Below are positions 38,539-47,741 of a stretch of 59,937 nucleotides of DNA, in pieces. Both the position numbers and the translations under genes were made by a program. Positions within the stretch are counted from its first letter, which is position 1, and each line of letters opens with the position of its first letter. The notes under the pieces are model-generated. The model worked only from the letters and a program-made list of their open reading frames with translations, was not told the DNA's origin and made no database searches. Origin of the DNA: a virus (lineage: Duplodnaviria; Caudoviricetes); IMG/VR virus record IMGVR_UViG_3300009512_000015, positions 1 through 59,937 of that record; one strand, given 5' to 3'.

Positions 38539-38915
38539 TCAGCATTCTTTGCAGGGGCCATTCCTGAAAATATCATAACTTCTTCAACTATCTTTTGCAA
38601 GATGTCCATAGGAGTGTCTTGATATTCGCTATCAGTCATATCACTACCGCCTTCAATACCTTCAGAAATTACAGCTTTGATTATATCCATGCTACGGTCT
38701 TCACGCTCAGCGTCACTCATGTCGTCTGACATGTTAGAAACTTTTTGAACTCGCTTTGCTGCTGCAATGGAGAGTTTATATAGAATGATTGTTTCTCCTT
38801 CTATTTTAATCTCCTTGGATATTTTCCTCTGTGAAAAACTCCGTAGTCCCGTCTTTGGGGCTTCTTCGTTTTCTACGTTTGCGGAAGGACTCGGCGTTAA
38901 TTTTGTGGAACTCAT
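38526..38915 (-). CDS. Tail assembly chaperone (gpG-like)
   Basis: Between tail tube and tape measure; ends at a G GGA AAC heptamer two codons before the stop. Confidence 0.8.
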   Translation of the reverse strand: MSSTKLTPSPSANVENEEAPKTGLRSFSQRKISKEIKIEGETIILYKLSIAAAKRVQKVSNMSDDMSDAEREDRSMDIIKAVISEGIEGGSDMTDSEYQDTPMDILQKIVEEVMIFSGMAPAKNAEGND

Positions 38916-39177
38916 CTAGCAATCTCCTTAAATCGTGTAATAGGGCTAGAGTATTAAAAATCTCTCGTGACTTATCGAAATCAGAATCAAACTCGTTAAT
39001 TCTTTCACTAGTAATCCTTATACTTGTATCCACAGCTCTTTGTGCTTTTTTCAGAGTTATGGCAAGTACGTGGGACATCGTGAAAGGCTTTACAAGAGTA
39101 CTTTTTGTTTCTGACTCTTGCATTGCTTCTTTTAACTCAGCATCTATGCCGGTTAAATCTCCTTTATCAGACATCAT
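38806..39177 (-). CDS. hypothetical protein
   Basis: AGGA RBS; overlaps the chaperone ORF by 110 nt. Confidence 0.65.
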   Translation of the reverse strand: MMSDKGDLTGIDAELKEAMQESETKSTLVKPFTMSHVLAITLKKAQRAVDTSIRITSERINEFDSDFDKSREIFNTLALLHDLRRLLDEFHKINAESFRKRRKRRSPKDGTTEFFTEENIQGD

Positions 39178-39195
39178 ATTTCCTGCTGATTTTAA

Positions 39196-39217
39196 AAGGG
39201 AGCCCGAAGGCCCCCTT
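39196..39217 (-). terminator. intrinsic terminator after tail tube gene
   Basis: Minus strand AAGGGGGCC-TTCG-GGCTCCCTT followed by TT. Confidence 0.75.
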
Positions 39218-39240
39218 GTTTCAAAACACTAAACTAACAA

Positions 39241-39840
39241 TTAAACTGTAAAAGCACCATAAAAAGCACTTTGCAAGGTCAAAGTAAGTGTAGCAGTTGT
39301 CGCATCTGTCAACTGTGGATTAACCTGCAAAGCTTCAACTTTACCTTTCCAGTAATATGAAGTGTTAGCTACAGAGCCAAGGCCGGCAGTCGTGCTTGCG
39401 TACTTTTCTGAAGCAGTGGCACTAGTAGGCTCTGCGTTAAGCAAAGTAAACCTGAAGACAGTTTGTTGACCTGTCGCTAAAAGAACAGCTTGAACGTTTG
39501 TGGCTGTCAAAGCCCATTCAGAGGGTACATAATTAAGCGTAAGTTCCATTGTAGGAGCGTCTGCTTGACCTTGAATTTGCTGAGAAGTCTTTGAACCAAA
39601 ACCAGGTATATTAACGATATTTGGAGGAGTTCCCATTGAAGGAAATTCTCGAACGTTTACAATCCTGACAAAGTCACCTGCAACAGGCGTAGCAGAAGCG
39701 GCTTGCTCGGTAGCAAAAAGCGCCTCAAACTCACTTTGAGTGTCGTAACTAACCATTAATGTTGGCGTTAAGTTAGTAAGATAAGAAGCCAATGACAGGT
39801 CTGAAAAGAATCCTGCGCCAATAGAAGAAATATGAGCCAT
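39241..39840 (-). CDS. Major tail tube protein
   Basis: VREFPSMGTPPNIVNIPGFG...QIQGQADAP.MELTLNY; position after tail terminator; followed by a terminator. Confidence 0.85.
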   Translation of the reverse strand: MAHISSIGAGFFSDLSLASYLTNLTPTLMVSYDTQSEFEALFATEQAASATPVAGDFVRIVNVREFPSMGTPPNIVNIPGFGSKTSQQIQGQADAPTMELTLNYVPSEWALTATNVQAVLLATGQQTVFRFTLLNAEPTSATASEKYASTTAGLGSVANTSYYWKGKVEALQVNPQLTDATTATLTLTLQSAFYGAFTV

Positions 39841-39841
39841 A

Positions 39842-40237
39842 CTAAACTCCGTAGTATTTAAAAGTTATTGAGTAGAGTGACTTAAACAAAGTAGGGTCTT
39901 CTTCTTGTATACTAGAATCTAAATGAACTAAGGCAGGGTCTGAAAATTGTATAGAACCTATTGTCTTATTCTCTAGCATTTGATTTAAAAGATCACTTAT
40001 TACAACAGCACGATCAATTGATTGACCAGCTGGCGTATATATTTCTACTTTTATTAAACCGATTGATGAGGAAGGTGTTACAATTCCTGCATCTGTTATA
40101 ACAGAGACCCTCACAAATTCATCAAGTTTGTCGTCATTAACAAAATTTTGAGGATACGTGGGGACTGCTAGTGTTGTCCATAATGATGAACCAAAAATTC
40201 CAAAAATAGTCTCAGTTATGTAGTTGAATTTAGCCAT
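39842..40237 (-). CDS. tail terminator/completion protein
   Basis: Synteny; KVEIYTPAG; start at ATG 40237 after GGGG. Confidence 0.65.
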   Translation of the reverse strand: MAKFNYITETIFGIFGSSLWTTLAVPTYPQNFVNDDKLDEFVRVSVITDAGIVTPSSSIGLIKVEIYTPAGQSIDRAVVISDLLNQMLENKTIGSIQFSDPALVHLDSSIQEEDPTLFKSLYSITFKYYGV

Positions 40238-40601
40238 TGCCAACCCCTTTATATACTTCAACAACTGACACATGGCCAGTTTCTGAAATCGGGGCTTTAC
40301 CGATTATCCATACTTCTGAATCAATTTTCACAGTTTCAAAAAGAGCCAAGTCTCCTACAGCTTTTGTTGGATACAAAAGTGTTCGCTTTTTGCGGCTAAC
40401 TTTTTGATCGTTAACATTAGTTTCTTCAATGACAACTGCTGTAGTAGCAATGTCAGTAATTACTCCTGTGCTTACAGACCTTGTTGTGAAATTATAAGTA
40501 CTTCCTTGACTTTTCTTTTGAAAAATAACTTCTTTCTTAAGATCATCAAGTAATCGAAAAGCAGTAGCTACGCCATTATTTACAATTGTGCTCATTCCCA
40601 T
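40230..40601 (-). CDS. head-tail joining (stopper) protein
   Basis: Synteny; TAATG overlap with the adaptor stop. Confidence 0.6.
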   Translation of the reverse strand: MGMSTIVNNGVATAFRLLDDLKKEVIFQKKSQGSTYNFTTRSVSTGVITDIATTAVVIEETNVNDQKVSRKKRTLLYPTKAVGDLALFETVKIDSEVWIIGKAPISETGHVSVVEVYKGVGNG

Positions 40602-41089
40602 TAGCCAGTTCTCCACCATCTATTTGTGGAACTAATAGCGTCAGGGTCTAAAAGAGGTTTAATAAGAGCTGATGCAATACTAGATATACTGCTTGCGGAT
40701 CTAATACCTTTAAGCTCTATTGGGCCTATTTTAAGACTCTCTACTTCAGAGACATCATCAAGCACACCGTCATTGTTTAATAAATGATAGGCTATTTCAA
40801 AACACGCTTCAGTAATTCTAGAAGGTACGACTGTTGAAGAAAGTGCAACAATAATACCTAGTTTAGGTTCATAATAACTAAGGGTGCGTGGAAAAGCTAA
40901 ACTTTGTGCAGCCGATGGTGCAAAACCACCCCAAGACTTAGCGTCAAGAATTTGGGTGGCTGTTACCAATGCAGATGCCTTTGTTAAATCGTTAGCTAGA
41001 GTCCAAGCGGCAACATCTAGGCGCGTATTAAAATATTCATCTGCTTCTGTAACAGTTGCATACGAATTAACACCTTTTGAAAGTGCCAT
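40601..41089 (-). CDS. head-tail adaptor (DnaT_2-like family)
   Basis: NSYATVTEADEYF..R...ALVTAT..LD...QSLAFPR...VPSRITEACFEIA; AAGGAGG RBS. Confidence 0.8.
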   Translation of the reverse strand: MALSKGVNSYATVTEADEYFNTRLDVAAWTLANDLTKASALVTATQILDAKSWGGFAPSAAQSLAFPRTLSYYEPKLGIIVALSSTVVPSRITEACFEIAYHLLNNDGVLDDVSEVESLKIGPIELKGIRSASSISSIASALIKPLLDPDAISSTNRWWRTG

Positions 41090-41103
41090 ACGCCCTCCTT
41101 AGT

Positions 41104-42285
41104 TTAGCCGTGAAATACGGGAAGAATACCCAGGCTAAGAGCTGAAGAACACTTACGCACCCAACTACCAGTTGTAGCTACAAGTCCGTTAGTTACATCA
41201 GTTGTTGCTTTAGCAACTGTACTCTCAACAGCATAAGCATATTCTGCATCGCTTACAAACTTATCTTTAGAGCCCATCCATGTATAGTGAGCAGGGTGCA
41301 ATACGTAGCCCCAACGATACCAGATTTGAGTTGTACCACCACCTTGATAAGACGCTGCTGAACGCTCAATTTCAACATCATTCTCAATAGAAAGATGCTC
41401 CATTGCTACAGCACCTGGCAATACAATAAATGAAGTTTTAGTACCAACAATATCAACACCACTACCAGAATTTACTTTAGTCAATTGGGCAGTAGAGAGT
41501 CCTTGGTTTGCACGAGTTTGCAGCAAACGGAACTTTCCTTGAAAAATTGTATTAAACTCAATATTGCCATCTTGAACACGGTCTTGATCAACAAGATTAG
41601 CTGAACGCAAAGACGCATATACTTCAGGTGAAGTAACAAGATAAGCCCAGTCAGGCTCAAAATCTTTATAGGCCATTCCAAAAGCTTGTAAGAAACTTTC
41701 TGCTCGGGCTGCACCCATGTTTGCGGCTGTAGATGCTGAGACTAGCGGGTTGTTTCCAAGATCGACATAAAAGCCGTATTTAGAATCAGTAGGGTCGTTA
41801 GTAAAAGTTTGACCACCAAGACCTGTTCCGCCAGCAGCTTGACCTGCGCCATTCAACACTTCAGAGATAGCTACACCCTTGAGTACTGAAAGAATGCCAT
41901 TGTGCTCGTCTTGCGCTTGAGTTTCAGCAAGATCTCTTGAAAACTTTTGAAGCTCGTCATCTTGAGTTACAAGGGTTTTCAGATTTACTTTCTCAGCACC
42001 ATGAGTACGGGCTGTCTTGATATACTCAAGATAACCTGTAGCAAAGCTAGACAGACTGCCGTTAGTTGCATCGGTTAGACTCGCTGTGTTAACAACTTGA
42101 GTAATCGGCTTTCTCCAACGAAGCTGTCCAGAATATGTTTCACCAACAACATCAATATCAGGATTTGCAGCAACGATATCTGTTCCTGAGAGTTTCTGAG
42201 CACTAGTATATGCTTCATCGGAATATACGCCAATTGCTTCTTGCAGTGCATAGTTTGTTGCACCACCAACGTTATTTCTTAACAT
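41104..42285 (-). CDS. Major capsid protein
   Basis: 393 aa after the scaffold, AAAGGAAG RBS, GGGTTQIWYRWGYVLHP coat-protein-like motif. Confidence 0.85.
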   Translation of the reverse strand: MLRNNVGGATNYALQEAIGVYSDEAYTSAQKLSGTDIVAANPDIDVVGETYSGQLRWRKPITQVVNTASLTDATNGSLSSFATGYLEYIKTARTHGAEKVNLKTLVTQDDELQKFSRDLAETQAQDEHNGILSVLKGVAISEVLNGAGQAAGGTGLGGQTFTNDPTDSKYGFYVDLGNNPLVSASTAANMGAARAESFLQAFGMAYKDFEPDWAYLVTSPEVYASLRSANLVDQDRVQDGNIEFNTIFQGKFRLLQTRANQGLSTAQLTKVNSGSGVDIVGTKTSFIVLPGAVAMEHLSIENDVEIERSAASYQGGGTTQIWYRWGYVLHPAHYTWMGSKDKFVSDAEYAYAVESTVAKATTDVTNGLVATTGSWVRKCSSALSLGILPVFHG

Positions 42286-42296
42286 TATTACTTCCT

Positions 42297-43001
42297 TTAG
42301 TTTCTATGAAGGGATTTTCCCTTTCGTTGAATTTTGCCAGTATCAATATCGTTAAGAACTTTAGAAAGAGGTTGTTGAAGTGCGTTTAGTGTATTGCTAA
42401 CACTACTACCAGGGGCAGGATTGCCGCCTCCAGAAGATTTCTTAGCTTTCAACAAAAAGTCGTTTTCAGGGTCTATAATAAAAGCCTGAACCGCTTCTTC
42501 AATACTCTTGCCTGTTCTTTTATCTACCCAATCCCCTGTTTCGTTACGTATAAGTGTATCTGAAATTATACGTTCTGCGTTATTTGCTGCCCTTGCGTTA
42601 GCAAACTCAACTTCACTAAAAGCATGTCCAATATCCTTGTCACGCGTCAACTCAATGTTTCGCTTTTCAAGAATTTCTGATCTAGCTCTAGATTGTGCGA
42701 GTTCTTGCTCGGTAGCTTCTTGCAGTTTACCTGAATCCTTTAGTTGCTGTATCTCAGCGTCTTTAAGCTTTTGCTCAGTTTCTTGTACTTTGGCAAGAGC
42801 TTCGTCACGCTGTTTAGCCATTCTGTCCATGTTGTCTTTCATAGGCAAAAGAGCTTCTTGTACCGCTTCATCTAAATCAGCCTTAAGAATAGATGGTTGT
42901 TCAGAGTCACCGGTTAGATCAGCAGGGGGATTTATATCACTTGGCTTAAGTTCGCCAGCAGGTGTATCATCAAGGTTTGGGTTTATATCTTCGTCTGACA
43001 T
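42297..43001 (-). CDS. Capsid scaffolding protein
   Basis: Acidic N-terminus, long coiled coil, SSGGG near the C-terminus; start reassigned to ATG 43001 after AAGGA. Confidence 0.8.
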   Translation of the reverse strand: MSDEDINPNLDDTPAGELKPSDINPPADLTGDSEQPSILKADLDEAVQEALLPMKDNMDRMAKQRDEALAKVQETEQKLKDAEIQQLKDSGKLQEATEQELAQSRARSEILEKRNIELTRDKDIGHAFSEVEFANARAANNAERIISDTLIRNETGDWVDKRTGKSIEEAVQAFIIDPENDFLLKAKKSSGGGNPAPGSSVSNTLNALQQPLSKVLNDIDTGKIQRKGKSLHRN

Positions 43002-43110
43002 TTTGATTTTCCTTTGAGTACAACTCAATTAATTAAAGACACAGCCTTTTTGTATGTTTCACATGCGTCACTCTCTAATTTCGCGCGTGGGTTAAGAAAA
43101 CGGGGAGGTT

Positions 43111-46100
43111 CTAACCAACCCCATACCAAGCTTTATCTGACTTAAAATCGTCAAATACTTCTTCTAATACAGCTTCTTTATCTAGTATATCTTCTTGTTT
43201 TAAAAGCTTACCCCCAACTCTGGATTTGCCAGCTACAGGGATAAGACCTATTTCTATTGCTTCTTCAAGGTATTGATCATACAGTCTTTTAGGTAAACCT
43301 CGAGAACGCATTTCATTTAAAACAGCTTTTATTACATTTGTATTAAGACTCTTTGCAAAAATTTTACGTAAGGCGTTTCTGCCTATTTGCATATCTGCAA
43401 TATTAGTGAAAAAAGCGTCATGAATAGTTGAGGTTGGAACTTTGTTTTCTTTACCCCATAAATGAAATTGTTTAACAAAAGTAGCATCATTCGAGTGGTT
43501 GCCGTTTACCGCAAAAGCTGTTCTAGCTTTAGTTGCGTCAGCAATATCGTTAATATTACCTGAGTCATTCCATAAAATTTCCCACCACGCTGCTTCGCTT
43601 TTTTGAGGGACTTGTAAAACATTGTTTACCCATTCACCATCTTTTGTTTTATAAATAAGCCTTTCTTCAAATCTTTGTGTAAAATTTTGTTCTATAATTT
43701 TTCCATCAAAATTCACCCAAGGCACATTAGTCCAGTCTTTTGGCAACGTATTTGCTGTAGACTCTAGTACTCTTATCTCTGTGCCTAATTTTGCTTGTTT
43801 AATAAAATCTATTTTGAAAATTCTACCACCAGTTCTTCTAGATAATGAATCTTCAACACCATAAATAATATCAGCAATACTGCTATCAGGGTTATAAAAA
43901 TTAAACTTTTTTAAAATCTCTTCAGTAATATCTGAGCCATCTTTAATGCCTAGCGCTCTTGAAATAATTTTAGGCAAAATAATCTTTTTCTGTCGCTTGC
44001 CTAACACAATTGTTTTACCAACTTGTTTCCAGTCCCAAGAAGAGCTAGAAGGCTTTGAATTTATTAAAAAATCTTCGGCCAGTCTACCAAAAAACTTAGT
44101 AAAATCTTTAAGAATAGGAGTTCTACTAGCTAAATTTTCGCTCATAATTTGAGCAATCAACCGAAAGTCTTGCGGTGTAACAACTCTATCATAAGCTTTT
44201 GAAAGATTTTCTACAAGTTCTTTAGTAGCGTTATCTAAGAAAAATAATTGTTCTAAAATATCATCACCAGGGTCTATCCCTTTATTAAAAACATCTTTAA
44301 CATTTTTACGCAAAGCTCGAAGTTCATCAGCTGTGTCTTGATCAAATTTATCATAACGAGCAATTCTTGCTGATATTTCTGAAAGAACAACTTCTCTATC
44401 ACTAGCTCTTACAACAAGTGTATTAACATCTTTTCCTAAAACTTTTGATAACTTGCCTTCAACATTTAAGACACCTGTTCTTTCACCAGCGCCATAAAAT
44501 GTAACCATGTTTTGAGCCTTAGCTGCTTTTCTTAAATCTTTTTCAGTAAGACCTAGTTTTTCATTAAGCCTTTTAAACCGAGGGTCGCTGAAAGTTTCCG
44601 CAGCGATAACATCATACAATCGATTTTTTTGTTGAGTTGGTATGACATTCGATAGCTCTGCAAGCTGCTTGTTTTTTGTCGTGAGAGCAATGATTTGCGC
44701 TCCAGACGATGAAGCATCTTGCTCAAGGGCAAGCCTTGTCCTGTATTTTGATATTCGTTTAATATCGCTAAAGTCACCGCCGCTCCATTCATTGATCTTG
44801 GAGTATTCAATTGCAAAGCGGAAGAATTTACCCATCTCTTCCCCTTCGATTCTTGAGACAATAGGTGATTCGAGTATAGCCCGAATATCTCTGGGTTTAC
44901 CTCTGCGCATTTGATCCCCGATTTCAATAAGATCTTTACGCCATTTTTCTGATATTTTTTGTCGCCCTCTGATAGTGAGCGAATCAAGTCTTCCTTCAAA
45001 AAAGTCATCTAGTCCCCCAAGGAAAGATCCAACCTGGTCATTAAAGTTATTCCAACCACTGATACTTATTTCTTTTTCTGCAATTGTGTTTAGAAAGGGT
45101 CTGAACGTCTCACCTGATTGCGGCCCAATGAGACCTCTATCATAGATACGTGCACGATGGTCAACAAAGGGATTATTACTAAAGGCAAGATTTTCCTTAC
45201 GAAGGTATTCCATTGTTTTAAATCTTTCGTAAGCATCTCCTCTTGCGGCAATATATTTTTTATACTCATTGATTCCGTTATAAAACTTGGCTTTGCCTCG
45301 GTCGTCTTCAAAATAAAGCAATTTTTGAATAAAATCATAAAAGTCCTCATCTATTGTATATTGCGATTTAGCCGTCCAGTTTAAAGCGTCAGCCATATTA
45401 TCATCTATTAAGGAAGTAGGGAAGTTTCTAAAAGAGCTGGTAGAAGTTATTGGAATCCCTGTATCAAACTGTAAGCCTAGCTTGTTTTTAGCAAAATAAG
45501 TTTTAAAGCCAGCTCTGAAAATTAATCGATTTCTCTCTTCAGTTACAGGTATTCTTAAACCGAGGTCTACAGCTCTTGTTAATTTTGAATAAGCTTGTAT
45601 ACGTGGGTCTGTAATCCTAATATTGTAAGAAAGAGTGTCATAATACGGGCCAAAGTACTGTCCAGAGTTTCTGCTTTTCATTCTTCTCTTTTGAACACCA
45701 AAAGTTTCAATTTCATATAAATTGTTATTAGAATCTAAAAGCTTTACGCCAAGACGATACCATTGATTTCTTGACCCGTTCAAGTTAGCAGAGTTGTAAA
45801 GATCTCTGCCTAACTGTACAGCAAGCTGATCGCGATCTGGAGTATCAGCAAGTGCTAAACGTCTGGCAAATCTTTCATAAAACTGATCAAGTTCATTATC
45901 AGCTAACCTAGATCTTATTATCAAAGGTATATTAAAATCAAAAGTATCTCTAAGTTCTTTTGCTATCTTAGGAGCTGTTCGTACTTCCCAGTTATTCTTG
46001 CTAACTATATTATCAATAAACTTAGCTTGTAAATCTTTTAACATTACTGGGCCCAGTACAGGGTCAATATAATTACCATTAAGTAACTTTTTGAGAACAT

Positions 46101-47730
46101 CAGAATCTTTACGCAGTTGTGTTTCTAAAGAATCAGAAATATTCATAACATCAAATTTTATTTGAGATTGAGATACAGCTTTAAAATTAACCCAAGATTC
46201 ACCATCACGCCTATACCTTGTAAACAGGATTCGTAAGTTATCTACAACAACTGCTCGTTCATTAACACTCATTTTTTGTGCAAGCGAATTGCTAAACTTT
46301 TCAATGTATTCTTTATCTTTTAGTTTAAGTAAAACACTCTCTTTTACTAACCTTAGGTTGTTATTTAAAACAGAAGGATTTGGTGTAAACATTCTTGTGT
46401 CTTCATAACGGCTAGTTATTGGATTAAAAATTAATTGATCTTCTCTAGGCGGACTTTGCAATACGCGTCTTTTTTGAGAACGTTTAGTGCCTATTAAGTT
46501 GCCTCTATAGTTTGTTGTTGAAAGAATACCATCAAGATCTTTAGATTGTAAGAGATAATAATCTCTTAAGGTATTAGTCATTTTTACATCGTTAAGTAAA
46601 TCTTCAGGCCTTGCTGCACCAATTCTCATTGCATCTAGCTTTTCTTTAGCAACAGCAAATCTTTTTGTATCAGTGTTTGCTGTAAAAGAAGAATCAGTAA
46701 GCTTCCTTAGCTGGTTAATGCCGATATTAGCCCCACCAACTCCTTTAAATTCTTTAGCAGATAGCTGTCCTTTTCTAAATAATTCTACTTTTTGATATTC
46801 TCCCAAATGTTTTAACTGCACATCAGGAGACTGCCTTGTTAGCCATATATTATACGGCTCTTTAAGTGCTGTCTTACCATCATAAAAGTTTTGTTCTTTT
46901 CGGCTCAAGCTTCCTAAGTTTCTTTTTCTGATTTGACTGACGTTATCGAGAGTGGCAAGGTCGGCCCAGGCTTTGAAAACAGGTGTAGTTGTGCTACGGC
47001 AATTATAATGAGCGGGAGGAAGATGAATAACATCGTCAACATCATATATATTACCATCACGCCCTGAGCAGATAAATGAAGTTCTTGAATCAAGCACTGC
47101 AACATATTGCCATCCTTCTATTGCTTTTTCATTGGCTTTGTAAACTTCTCGGTCAGCCTGTGCAACAACAGATGTAACAGAAGTTGTCACTAAAGCGCGA
47201 GAATTGTTCCTTGTTATTTTTGTAGACTTTCTTACAATACGCGCTATTTGGTTAGTGCTCATACCTTCAGCAATTCCGCGTCTTATTACTTGCTCAATTC
47301 TGCGTGTTTCAGTCTTTGCAATACCTTTCCAAGCCGGTGAAAGTGCCTTGTCTCCGGCCAGAGTGCGCCGTAGTACAATTTCTTCGGCAACGCTAGGGTT
47401 CGCTTTAGCGGTTCGCCAAAGCTTCCCTATGGCACGCTCTGTTGTCACATAAGCATGGTTTAATTCGTCTGAAGCTAGGTCTAATAAAGATCTTTTTGAA
47501 ATCTTAAAAGCTTCAGCGGCTGTTTTATTAGACTCGCTGGCAAGTGCTGTACGTAATCTAAAAAAGCCTCTGTTTGAAAACTTTGCGTCTCTTATTAGTT
47601 TATCAACACGAACCCGATGACCATTAATCTCTAAATCAACTTTATTGCTTAAACGTTTTTCATAAAGTCTAATCATTGCAGACCTGTCTAGTTTTTCGTC
47701 AAAGACTTGTGTATTTACATTAATAGCCAT
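43111..47730 (-). CDS. MuF (SPP1 gp7-like) head protein fused to a T7-type RNA polymerase; putative virion RNAP
   Basis: N-terminal GWQYVAVLDSRTSFIC...DG...PPAHYNCRST (MuF). C-terminal FVDHRARIY, motif A EQDASSSGAQ, motif B RKAAKAQNMVTFYG, NGNHSNDA, motif C IHDAF. Confidence 0.92.
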   Translation of the reverse strand: MAINVNTQVFDEKLDRSAMIRLYEKRLSNKVDLEINGHRVRVDKLIRDAKFSNRGFFRLRTALASESNKTAAEAFKISKRSLLDLASDELNHAYVTTERAIGKLWRTAKANPSVAEEIVLRRTLAGDKALSPAWKGIAKTETRRIEQVIRRGIAEGMSTNQIARIVRKSTKITRNNSRALVTTSVTSVVAQADREVYKANEKAIEGWQYVAVLDSRTSFICSGRDGNIYDVDDVIHLPPAHYNCRSTTTPVFKAWADLATLDNVSQIRKRNLGSLSRKEQNFYDGKTALKEPYNIWLTRQSPDVQLKHLGEYQKVELFRKGQLSAKEFKGVGGANIGINQLRKLTDSSFTANTDTKRFAVAKEKLDAMRIGAARPEDLLNDVKMTNTLRDYYLLQSKDLDGILSTTNYRGNLIGTKRSQKRRVLQSPPREDQLIFNPITSRYEDTRMFTPNPSVLNNNLRLVKESVLLKLKDKEYIEKFSNSLAQKMSVNERAVVVDNLRILFTRYRRDGESWVNFKAVSQSQIKFDVMNISDSLETQLRKDSDVLKKLLNGNYIDPVLGPVMLKDLQAKFIDNIVSKNNWEVRTAPKIAKELRDTFDFNIPLIIRSRLADNELDQFYERFARRLALADTPDRDQLAVQLGRDLYNSANLNGSRNQWYRLGVKLLDSNNNLYEIETFGVQKRRMKSRNSGQYFGPYYDTLSYNIRITDPRIQAYSKLTRAVDLGLRIPVTEERNRLIFRAGFKTYFAKNKLGLQFDTGIPITSTSSFRNFPTSLIDDNMADALNWTAKSQYTIDEDFYDFIQKLLYFEDDRGKAKFYNGINEYKKYIAARGDAYERFKTMEYLRKENLAFSNNPFVDHRARIYDRGLIGPQSGETFRPFLNTIAEKEISISGWNNFNDQVGSFLGGLDDFFEGRLDSLTIRGRQKISEKWRKDLIEIGDQMRRGKPRDIRAILESPIVSRIEGEEMGKFFRFAIEYSKINEWSGGDFSDIKRISKYRTRLALEQDASSSGAQIIALTTKNKQLAELSNVIPTQQKNRLYDVIAAETFSDPRFKRLNEKLGLTEKDLRKAAKAQNMVTFYGAGERTGVLNVEGKLSKVLGKDVNTLVVRASDREVVLSEISARIARYDKFDQDTADELRALRKNVKDVFNKGIDPGDDILEQLFFLDNATKELVENLSKAYDRVVTPQDFRLIAQIMSENLASRTPILKDFTKFFGRLAEDFLINSKPSSSSWDWKQVGKTIVLGKRQKKIILPKIISRALGIKDGSDITEEILKKFNFYNPDSSIADIIYGVEDSLSRRTGGRIFKIDFIKQAKLGTEIRVLESTANTLPKDWTNVPWVNFDGKIIEQNFTQRFEERLIYKTKDGEWVNNVLQVPQKSEAAWWEILWNDSGNINDIADATKARTAFAVNGNHSNDATFVKQFHLWGKENKVPTSTIHDAFFTNIADMQIGRNALRKIFAKSLNTNVIKAVLNEMRSRGLPKRLYDQYLEEAIEIGLIPVAGKSRVGGKLLKQEDILDKEAVLEEVFDDFKSDKAWYGVG

Positions 47731-47741
47731 CAGGTTGTACC

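Noticed and set aside
44553-47105. Nested minus-strand ORFs inside the MuF-RNAP gene
   Set aside because: Alternate-frame ORFs without motifs; the main frame is continuous and carries all catalytic motifs.
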